A stretch of 37,163 nucleotides of DNA from an uncultured Clostridia bacterium. GTDB lineage: Bacteria; Bacillota; Clostridia; Christensenellales; UBA1242. Where the stretch lies: assembly GCA_944384485.1 (NCBI GenBank), contig CALWTO010000036.1, forward strand, positions 1 through 37,163, written 5' to 3'. Position 1 is the first letter of the stretch, and every line of letters starts with the position of its first letter. The notes under the pieces were generated by a model. That model was not told the DNA's origin. It searched no databases and saw only the letters and a list, made by a program, of their open reading frames with translations. Below, piece by piece: positions 25,820 to 33,770 of this stretch. Made by a program: the position numbers and the translations under genes.

Positions 25820-27634
25820 TTAATCTAAAATGGCTTTAATTCTGCGAATTCCACTTGAAGAAGATTCCTCTTTTACAATTTTAAAGTGGTGCAATTGTTC
25901 GGTATTTTCCGCATGTGGTCCTCCACAAATTTCTTTGCTTACATCACCAATTGTATATACTTTTACTTCTTCCCCATATTTATTTGTAAATGTTCCATGT
26001 GCGCCACTTGCCCTAGCTTCTTCAATTTTCATAACTTCACAAGTTACAGGAAGTTTTCTTTCAATAGCATTATTTACAAAATCTTCAACTTCTTTCAATT
26101 CTTCCGCCGTCATTTTGTGATCTAAATTAAAGTCAAATCTCAATCTTTCTGGAGTTATATTAGAACCTTTTTGCACGACATCCTTTCCAAACATTTTTTG
26201 CAAACCAGCGAGTAATAAGTGTGTTGCAGTATGCAAGTAAGCAGATTGTTTTGATGTATCAGCAAGTCCGCCTTTAAACATTCCTGCTGTTGCTTGCCTA
26301 GATTTTTCTTGATGCTCCTTAAACATTTGATCAAACCCTTGTTTATCAACTTGATAACCTCTTTCTTTTGCAAGTTCCTCAGTGAGTTCCAAAGGAAATC
26401 CAAAAGTATCATAGAGCCTAAATGCTGCTTTCCCGCCAATTATGTTTTCAACAACTTCCCCACTTTTTGAAGCAAAAGCCTTATGTTTTTCAATGCCATT
26501 TATAACTTTGTCAAATTCTTTATGACCTTCATCCAGTGCTTTTGAAAATTTTGCAACTTCTTTAAGCATTTCTTCTTTTATAAATTGTCTATTACTATTG
26601 ATATCGGAATAATCTTGTCCATATTCATCTACATACAAATCAACAATACCAGCAAAAAGTTGACTATCAAAGCCAATATTTCTAGCACAATTTATTGCCC
26701 TTCTTATAAATCTACGCAAAATATATCCTTGTCCAACATTAGAAGGGACAACTCCCCTTGCATCGCCTAAAATAAATGTTGAAGAACGAAGATGATCAGT
26801 GATTATTCTATAAGCACGGACAGAACTTTCACTATCGTTATATTTTACATTTGCGTTATCATTTATGAAATCAATAACCCTTTTTAAACATCCACTGTCA
26901 TAAACACTTTTTGCACCATTCAAAATTGCCACTGTTCTTTCAAGCCCCATTCCTGTATCAATATTTGGTCTTTGCAACAATTGTGCCTTTTCTCCTGAGT
27001 TTTTAACAACATATTGCATAAAGACATCGTTCCATATTTCCAAATATTTTCCGCAATCACATGAAGGAGAACAATTTTCTCCGCATTTTTCTTTACCCGT
27101 ATCATAGAACATTTCGCTATCTGGTCCACAAGGTCCAACGCCACCGCCTAGCGCCCACCAGTTATCTTCGCTGGTAAAAAATATTTCTTTTATGCCACAT
27201 TCTTTCCATGCTTTATATGCTTCTTCATCACGAGGAGCAACATCATTGCCTGCAAACACAGTTACTGCAAGGTTGTCTTTATCAAGACCCAAATATTTTG
27301 GACTTGTTAAAAACTCAAAACTTAATTTAATCATTTCAGTTTTATCACAAGCTCCTAATGTCCAATTTCCAAGCATTTCAAAAAATGTAAGGTGACTGCC
27401 ATCCCCCACAGAATCAATATCGCTAGTTCTTATACATCTTTGAACATCATAAATTTTATTTCCAGCGGGATGTTTCTCTCCGAGAAGATAAGGAACAAGT
27501 GGATGCATACCTGCAGTTGTAAATAAAACTGTTGGGTCATTTTCTGGTATAATTGAAAATCCCTCTATTTTTTTAAATCCATGTTCTTCAAAAAACTTAA
27601 ACCATTTTTCTTTTAATTGTCTATCTGTAATCAT
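25820..27634 (-). CDS. alaS: Alanine--tRNA ligase, short form lacking the C-Ala domain
   Basis: 604 aa from the ATG at 27634 (AGGA SD). The catalytic core has FTTAGMHPLVPY and FFEMLGNWTLG. Editing-domain motifs HTATHLL and CGGPH are present. The protein ends about 30 aa after the editing domain. Confidence 0.85.
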   Translation of the reverse strand: MITDRQLKEKWFKFFEEHGFKKIEGFSIIPENDPTVLFTTAGMHPLVPYLLGEKHPAGNKIYDVQRCIRTSDIDSVGDGSHLTFFEMLGNWTLGACDKTEMIKLSFEFLTSPKYLGLDKDNLAVTVFAGNDVAPRDEEAYKAWKECGIKEIFFTSEDNWWALGGGVGPCGPDSEMFYDTGKEKCGENCSPSCDCGKYLEIWNDVFMQYVVKNSGEKAQLLQRPNIDTGMGLERTVAILNGAKSVYDSGCLKRVIDFINDNANVKYNDSESSVRAYRIITDHLRSSTFILGDARGVVPSNVGQGYILRRFIRRAINCARNIGFDSQLFAGIVDLYVDEYGQDYSDINSNRQFIKEEMLKEVAKFSKALDEGHKEFDKVINGIEKHKAFASKSGEVVENIIGGKAAFRLYDTFGFPLELTEELAKERGYQVDKQGFDQMFKEHQEKSRQATAGMFKGGLADTSKQSAYLHTATHLLLAGLQKMFGKDVVQKGSNITPERLRFDFNLDHKMTAEELKEVEDFVNNAIERKLPVTCEVMKIEEARASGAHGTFTNKYGEEVKVYTIGDVSKEICGGPHAENTEQLHHFKIVKEESSSSGIRRIKAILD

Positions 27635-27707
27635 TTTTCTTTCCTTTTTTACTTTCAAAATTTTATCATAAATTAAATTTTTTATCAACTGTTACAAAAC
27701 ATTATTT

Positions 27708-28439
27708 TTAATAAAATACTTTTTTTAAATATAAACCTTGTGGTGGCATTGTTTGCCCAGCAAAAGACCTGTCTTGAGTCTTTAATGCACAAACAATGTC
27801 TTCTTTCGTAATTTTACCTAAAGCATAGTCAACCATTGTTCCAACTAAAATTCTTACCATATGCATAAGGAAACCACTGCCTTCAACTTCAACTTCAACA
27901 AAATTTTTCTTTTTTAATACTAAAATGTTGTAAATTGTTTTTTCAAAATCTTTAGCACTTGTTTGACTGCTACAAAATCCTTTAAAATTGTGTTTCCCTA
28001 AAAATAAAAAAGCACACTCTTGCATTTTAGTTACATCTAATTTCTCTTTTACAAAACCTACTCTTTTTGCTAAAAAACAATTTTTGCAAGAAGTTGCAAT
28101 TTTGTAAAGATATTTTTTCTTTTTAACAGAAAATCTAGCATGAAAATCATTAGAAACTATTTTCGCCGACTTTATTTCAATATCATCCGGCAAAATTCTG
28201 TTTAATATGTTTTTAATTTTTTTTACAGGAACACTATCATCTATATCAAAATGTGCACATTGTTCAATTGCATGAACTCCGGCATCAGTTCTTCCGCTAG
28301 CAAATACTTCAATTTCTTTCTTAAATGCTAAATAAAGGGCTTTTTCTATCGTTCCTTGAATCGTATCTAACCCTTCCTGTTTTTGCCAACCTTTATATGA
28401 ACTGCCGTCATAGGCTATCTTTAAAAGAATTCTTTTCAT
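27708..28439 (-). CDS. truA: tRNA pseudouridine(38-40) synthase
   Basis: 243 aa from the ATG at 28439 with LKIAYDGSSYKGWQKQ and catalytic GRTDAGVHA. The TTG-extended start at 28475 adds only a hydrophobic non-conserved leader. Confidence 0.9.
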   Translation of the reverse strand: MKRILLKIAYDGSSYKGWQKQEGLDTIQGTIEKALYLAFKKEIEVFASGRTDAGVHAIEQCAHFDIDDSVPVKKIKNILNRILPDDIEIKSAKIVSNDFHARFSVKKKKYLYKIATSCKNCFLAKRVGFVKEKLDVTKMQECAFLFLGKHNFKGFCSSQTSAKDFEKTIYNILVLKKKNFVEVEVEGSGFLMHMVRILVGTMVDYALGKITKEDIVCALKTQDRSFAGQTMPPQGLYLKKVFY

Positions 28440-28446
28440 GCTTATT

Positions 28447-28475
28447 ATTATATAAAAAAAAGACAATTTCTGCAA
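28447..28475 (-). promoter_or_regulatory. Candidate promoter giving a leaderless or near-leaderless truA mRNA
   Basis: The minus strand reads TTGCAG, 17 nt, TATAAT, then 7 nt (AATAAGC), then the ATG. There is no SD. Confidence 0.4.
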
Positions 28476-28517
28476 GCCATTTGTTATTTTTTCAGTTGTT
28501 TATAAACAAAAAATTAT

Positions 28518-28546
28518 TTGACTAAATAATTTATAAAATATATACT
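28518..28546 (+). promoter_or_regulatory. Candidate promoter for the pyruvate:ferredoxin oxidoreductase gene
   Basis: TTGACT (28518..28523), 17 nt, TATACT (28541..28546). The predicted start would fall at or inside the AAGAGG SD, so the exact promoter is uncertain. Confidence 0.4.
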
Positions 28547-28561
28547 TATAAAGAGGTAAAA

Positions 28562-31500
28562 ATGAAAAAAATTTTAGATGGATGCCAAGCAACAGCATCG
28601 ATAGCATACAAATGTAGCGAAATTATTCCTATTTATCCAATAACCCCATCCACACCAATGGCAGAGTTTTCTACACTTGTTAATTCAAAAGATGAAAAAA
28701 ATGCCTTTGGAGAAAATGTTAAAATAATAGAAATGCAATCAGAAAGTGGTGTAAGCGGAACATTGCATGGTGCATTACTCGGCAAAGCCTTGTCAACAAC
28801 TTTTACTTCTTCGCAAGGCCTTCTTTTAATGTTGCCCAATCTTTACAAACTTGTTGGAGAAAACTTGCCTGCGGTAATTCATGTAAGTGCGCGAGCAATA
28901 TCTTCCCATGCACTATCTATATTTTGCGACCATAGTGATGTTATGGCTGTACGCTCAAGCGGAATTGTGATACTCGCCTCTGACAGCGTTCAATCAAGCC
29001 ATGATTTAGCAATGGCGTCACATATGCTTGCATTAAAATCTTCTATTCCTGTCCTTCACTTTATTGATGGATTTAGAACTTCACACGAAATTCAAAAAAT
29101 TGAAGTTTTTAGCAATGATGAGATAAAAAATTTTATAGAAAAAGACTATCAAAATTTTAAACACAAGAATATCAACTTTCAATATGGAACTGCACAAAAT
29201 CCAGACACTTTTTTTCAAAATAGAATTGCATGTGAAAGTGTTTACAAAAATATAAAAACAAACATAAACCAAATTTTTGAAGAAATTTACAACAAATGCG
29301 GAAGAAAATATAATGCTTTTGATTATTATGGGGACAAAGATGCAGAAAAAATAATTGTCGCAATGGGATCTTCTTGTCAAACTATAGAAGAATATATTGA
29401 CAACAATAAAAAAGAAAAAATAGGATTAATAAGAGTTAATTTATATAGACCATTCTTAAATGATTTATTTTTGCAATCAATTCCAAAAAGTGCAAAAATT
29501 TTGACAGTTTTAGATAGAACGAAAGAAAATGGTTCTCTCCCTCCTCTTGCCCTTGATGTAATTTCTGCTCTTTCACAACAAAAAATGGGATTAAAGGTTC
29601 TTTCAGGAATTTACGGACTAGGAGGAAAAGAATTCACCCCTTCATGTGTTAAAGCAGTTTTTGATAATATGGTTAAAAAACACAAAAACAATTTTACTGT
29701 TGGAATAATAGATGATGTTTCAAATTCTTCATTAAACACAAAAGAAACGCCTTATATAAATGATGACTTTTCAATAAAAGTTTATGGTCTTGGTTCTGAT
29801 GGTTCAGTTTCCGCAAGCAAGTCAACTATAAAAATTTTAGGTGAAAATTTAAACAAATATGTTCAAGGTTATTTCGAATATGATTCAAAAAAATCAGGAA
29901 GTTTAACTCAAAGCCATATTAGAATTTCAAACAAACCAATAAAATCACAATATTTGCTCGAGAAACAAGATATCGTATGCATAAACAATTTTTCTTTTGT
30001 GCACCGATATGATTGTTTGAAAAATATAAAGAAAAATGGAATAGTTATTTTAAACTCAATTTTTCATGAAAATGAACTTGATAAAATTTTGGCAGAAAAT
30101 TTTGTTTTAAAATTAAAAGAAAAGAATTGCAATTTGTTTACAATTGATGCTCAAAAAATTGCTTTAAGTTGTGGTTTAGGCAACAAAATAAATATAATTA
30201 TGCAAACTGCCCTATTTATTGCAAGTGGCTTTTTAAATAAAAGCCAAATAATTGATTGTATAACAAAAGAAATCAACAAAACTTTTTCGTCTAAAGGAAA
30301 AGATGTTATAGAAAAAAACATCAATGCATTAAATTTAACTTTTGACAACTTAAAGCAAATAAATTACTCATCTTTCAAAGGAGTAAACTTAAAAACAACA
30401 AATAATATTGAAAATGATTTTTACAAAAAGATTCTTTCAAAATTGGAAAACCTAGAAGGTGACCAAATACCAGTTAGCGCGTTTTCACCAGATGGGAAAA
30501 GTCCTTTGGGCACACGCGAATATGAAATAAAAAATATTCCTTTCAACTTGCCACAATTTATTAAAGAAAATTGTGTTCAGTGTGGCACTTGCACTCTTGT
30601 TTGCCCTCACTCCGCGTTATCATCTCTTTTGATCGAAGAAGATAAAGTTGAAAAAAGTTGGCAAAAAGATTTTTCAAAAGCAATAGGCTTTGAAAATAAA
30701 TTATTCAGAATACTTCTATCACCTGAAAATTGCACAGGTTGTGGAATTTGTGCAAATTCTTGTCCTGCAATAAAAAAAGCACTTGTAATGATAGAAAATG
30801 AAAAATTAAAACAAGAAGAAATTTTAAAATATAAAAAGTATAAAAATCTAGAAAATACAAAACAAAACAAATTTTCTAAAGATTTTGCAAAGGGTCTGCA
30901 ATTTGAAAAATCTTTATTTAAATCCCCTTCTGCCTGTGCAGGCTGTGGTCAAACCGCTTATATAAAAATTTTAACAATGTTGAATGGTAGTAATATGATG
31001 ATTGCAAATGCAACTGGTTGCTCATCAATTTATAGTGGAAGTTTCGGCTCATGTCCTTTCTTGCTTGATGAAAATAAAAACGGCATAACATGGGCTAACA
31101 GTCTTTTTGAAGACAATGCTGAATTTGGATTAGGACTTACTTTAGCAAAAAATTATACTGAAAATAAAGATAAGAAAATTTGGATAATTGGTGGTGATGG
31201 TTGGGCTTACGACATAGGCTTTGGCGGTCTTGATCATGTAATTGCGAGCGGTGAAAATGTAAATATTTTGGTATTAGACAATCAATCTTATTCGAACACA
31301 GGAGGCCAAACAAGCAAGGCTACTCCAATAGGTGCAAGCATAAAATTTAGCGAAAATGGAAAAAGTACACACAAAAAAAATCTAGGACTAATGGCTTTAA
31401 ACTACAAAGATGTTTTTGTCGCACAAATAGCAATGGGCAAAGACATAAATCAAACAATAAAAGCTTTGAAAGAAGCTCAAGAATATAAAGGACCAAGTAT

Positions 31501-31801
31501 AGTCATTGCGTATTGTCCTTGTGTAAATCAAGGTTACGACTTATCTAATTCAATTCAAGAGCAAAAAATTGCAGTTGATTGTGGATTTTGGCCATTATAC
31601 ATATACAATCCAACAACCAACTCTCTAAATTTGCAAAGCGAAATATCAAATCCGAATTATTTTGAGTTTTTACAGAACGAACGAAGATTTGCTCTTACTA
31701 AAGAGAAAAATAAAACTTTTTTACTTGAAAAACAGAAAGAACAAGCACTTGAAGAATATCAAATTTTAAAAAATAAAAGCAAAAAAAATGTGCAAAATTA
31801 A
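28562..31801 (+). CDS. nifJ: Pyruvate:ferredoxin (flavodoxin) oxidoreductase, single-polypeptide type
   Basis: 1079 aa with N-terminus DGCQATASIAYKCSEIIPIYPITPSTPMAE, two ferredoxin-type clusters (CVQCGTCTLVCPH, CTGCGICANSCP) and the TPP-binding region GGDGWAYDIGFGGLDH. Confidence 0.9.
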   Translation: MKKILDGCQATASIAYKCSEIIPIYPITPSTPMAEFSTLVNSKDEKNAFGENVKIIEMQSESGVSGTLHGALLGKALSTTFTSSQGLLLMLPNLYKLVGENLPAVIHVSARAISSHALSIFCDHSDVMAVRSSGIVILASDSVQSSHDLAMASHMLALKSSIPVLHFIDGFRTSHEIQKIEVFSNDEIKNFIEKDYQNFKHKNINFQYGTAQNPDTFFQNRIACESVYKNIKTNINQIFEEIYNKCGRKYNAFDYYGDKDAEKIIVAMGSSCQTIEEYIDNNKKEKIGLIRVNLYRPFLNDLFLQSIPKSAKILTVLDRTKENGSLPPLALDVISALSQQKMGLKVLSGIYGLGGKEFTPSCVKAVFDNMVKKHKNNFTVGIIDDVSNSSLNTKETPYINDDFSIKVYGLGSDGSVSASKSTIKILGENLNKYVQGYFEYDSKKSGSLTQSHIRISNKPIKSQYLLEKQDIVCINNFSFVHRYDCLKNIKKNGIVILNSIFHENELDKILAENFVLKLKEKNCNLFTIDAQKIALSCGLGNKINIIMQTALFIASGFLNKSQIIDCITKEINKTFSSKGKDVIEKNINALNLTFDNLKQINYSSFKGVNLKTTNNIENDFYKKILSKLENLEGDQIPVSAFSPDGKSPLGTREYEIKNIPFNLPQFIKENCVQCGTCTLVCPHSALSSLLIEEDKVEKSWQKDFSKAIGFENKLFRILLSPENCTGCGICANSCPAIKKALVMIENEKLKQEEILKYKKYKNLENTKQNKFSKDFAKGLQFEKSLFKSPSACAGCGQTAYIKILTMLNGSNMMIANATGCSSIYSGSFGSCPFLLDENKNGITWANSLFEDNAEFGLGLTLAKNYTENKDKKIWIIGGDGWAYDIGFGGLDHVIASGENVNILVLDNQSYSNTGGQTSKATPIGASIKFSENGKSTHKKNLGLMALNYKDVFVAQIAMGKDINQTIKALKEAQEYKGPSIVIAYCPCVNQGYDLSNSIQEQKIAVDCGFWPLYIYNPTTNSLNLQSEISNPNYFEFLQNERRFALTKEKNKTFLLEKQKEQALEEYQILKNKSKKNVQN

Positions 31802-31809
31802 GCACATTT

Positions 31810-32727
31810 TTATATTTTATATTTATCTAAAAAGTTATAAATCACATTTTTATATTTTTTTTCATCGACTTCAAAACTTTTCGTATGTCTAGCATCCTTC
31901 GCAACATAAATTTCTCTTTCAAATTCATTAGCTGAATTGTAGATATTATATGCCATTTCGGTTGGCACAAAGTGATCGTCGCTTCCATGAATAATTAATA
32001 GCGGAATATGTGTATTTTTTAATTGTTTTAAGCAATCGACTTCTTTTAAGTTGTATCCATTTTTTTTATTAGAATAAAAAGTAAAAATTTTAAAAAATAA
32101 TTTTAATTTAATTTTAGTTCTATTAAACAAATATAAAATCTGTTTATAAGCATTGTCAAATCCACAGTCTTCAATCACACCCACTACATTATAATTATTT
32201 TTTTCTCCCGCAAAATTACAAACTGCACTTGCCCCCATTGACTGTCCGAATAGAACTATTTTATAACAAGGATTTACTTTTGTTAAAAATTCACACCAAC
32301 TTTGTATGTCAAATCTATCCTCCCATGACATACCGACAATTTTCCCTTCACTTTTCCCATGAGCCCTATTGTCAACAACAAGTAAATCGTACCCTTTATT
32401 TAAAAAAATTTGAGCATATTTTGCCATATCTTTGTAATTTCCACCATAACCATGAACAAGCAAAACAACTTTTGCACCGCCCTTATTTAGGTACTTTGCA
32501 TAAAGTTTAAGGCCATCATGAGATATAATATTAACATCTTGGAATTGATTTTTATCCCAAAAATCGTTTTCGAAATCGTTATTTTGTCTTCTTTCAAGTT
32601 TCTTTTTAAATCTACTATTTCTTGAAAAAACAATAGAGTATAAAGATTGACCGATCAACAAATATAAAGCAAGAAACAACAAAATACTTATCAATCCGGC
32701 AAGACAAAACCAAGAAATTGCTACCAT
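31810..32727 (-). CDS. Membrane-anchored alpha/beta-fold hydrolase
   Basis: 305 aa from the ATG at 32727 (perfect AGGAG SD). It has an N-terminal TM, HGYGGN, nucleophile elbow GQSMGAS and the C-terminal HGSDDHFVP region. Confidence 0.8.
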   Translation of the reverse strand: MVAISWFCLAGLISILLFLALYLLIGQSLYSIVFSRNSRFKKKLERRQNNDFENDFWDKNQFQDVNIISHDGLKLYAKYLNKGGAKVVLLVHGYGGNYKDMAKYAQIFLNKGYDLLVVDNRAHGKSEGKIVGMSWEDRFDIQSWCEFLTKVNPCYKIVLFGQSMGASAVCNFAGEKNNYNVVGVIEDCGFDNAYKQILYLFNRTKIKLKLFFKIFTFYSNKKNGYNLKEVDCLKQLKNTHIPLLIIHGSDDHFVPTEMAYNIYNSANEFEREIYVAKDARHTKSFEVDEKKYKNVIYNFLDKYKI

Positions 32728-32773
32728 ATTATCTCCTTCCAAATTATTTAATAATAGTTTAATACTTTTGAAA

Positions 32774-33676
32774 TTATTCAACAATAGCTTTTACGCTTTC
32801 TCCACTTTGAGCATCTTGATAGGTAAGCCAATAACCAAATCCCTCTTGATTGTCGTTGTCAAGTGGAAGCCAAGCCGGATATCCCGCAAGTTCTCTTGGC
32901 GGAACTTTTTGGTAAATTCCTGGAACACCATAACAAATATATTTCACATCCTCATTTTGATATATAAGTCCAAAAACATAATAATCACCATTGTCAAGAT
33001 TTACTTTTACCCATTTTGAATTTGGAAAAATTTTATTTAAATAGCCTTCTTCTTTGTTTTCTTGAAAAAGTTTATCTATTTGAGGTTTTATTTCTTGATA
33101 AAATGTTTTTTCATCTTCAATTATTTCTTCTTCGTTTTCATCAAAATCTTTTTGTGAAAGTTTTTGTGAATAAAAATACTGTTTATATTTGCAATTTGCA
33201 CAATTTTTGCATTCAAATTCCTTGTCGAGTTCTTTTTCTATTTCTTTTTTTTCTTCTTCATCATAATCTATTCCATAATCATTTAATACTTGTTCTATTT
33301 CGTCAATATTTCTAACCCCTTTTACAGCATCAACAACCTTTTGCAAATTATTTTCACCATTACCTTGAGTCGCACCAAACAATATTGGCTGTGCCTCTCC
33401 ATTGTAAACATTTACAACAGCACATGAAAAATCTTGATTTAACATTTTAGAATCTGAAAAGAAAGTGTATAACATGCCTTTTTCATGAGTTAAACCAGCC
33501 TTTGAAACCTGACCATTAGAATAAATTCCTAAAGTTAAAATACCTTTTGGTTCAACGCCAAAATTATACAAACGAACTCGTCCTTTAACTACATCACCAT
33601 CTCCTTCAACTGTCAAAACAGCTTTTTTATCGCTATTTTTTGTATCATTTAGCACAATGCTTTTTTTAATCGACAT
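32774..33676 (-). CDS. Hypothetical protein with an N-terminal beta-rich module, an acidic linker with CxxCxxC, and a C-terminal YICYGVPG / GYWLTYQDA module
   Basis: 300-aa ORF with SD AAGAGGTG. I could not assign a family. Confidence 0.6.
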   Translation of the reverse strand: MSIKKSIVLNDTKNSDKKAVLTVEGDGDVVKGRVRLYNFGVEPKGILTLGIYSNGQVSKAGLTHEKGMLYTFFSDSKMLNQDFSCAVVNVYNGEAQPILFGATQGNGENNLQKVVDAVKGVRNIDEIEQVLNDYGIDYDEEEKKEIEKELDKEFECKNCANCKYKQYFYSQKLSQKDFDENEEEIIEDEKTFYQEIKPQIDKLFQENKEEGYLNKIFPNSKWVKVNLDNGDYYVFGLIYQNEDVKYICYGVPGIYQKVPPRELAGYPAWLPLDNDNQEGFGYWLTYQDAQSGESVKAIVE

Positions 33677-33680
33677 AAAA

Positions 33681-33711
33681 ACACCTCTTTATATATTATA
33701 CAAAGAGGTGT
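33681..33711 (-). promoter_or_regulatory. 10-bp perfect hairpin downstream of tkt whose 3' arm is the SD of the next gene
   Basis: The minus strand reads ACACCTCTTT-GTATAATATAT-AAAGAGGTGT-TTTT-ATG. It could act as a weak terminator, an SD-sequestering element, or both. Confidence 0.45.
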
Positions 33712-33770
33712 AATTTAATGATTGTCGAAATTTAAATATTTAGACAAAAAAATTAAAAAAAATGTTGAAA

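Noticed and set aside
28562-31801. The PFOR being about 100 aa shorter than typical NifJ proteins, as a sign of truncation or pseudogenisation
   Set aside because: The N-terminal domain, both ferredoxin-type cluster motifs, the TPP-binding motif and a normal C-terminus are all present in one uninterrupted frame. The shortening looks like compact linkers and domains, not a lesion.
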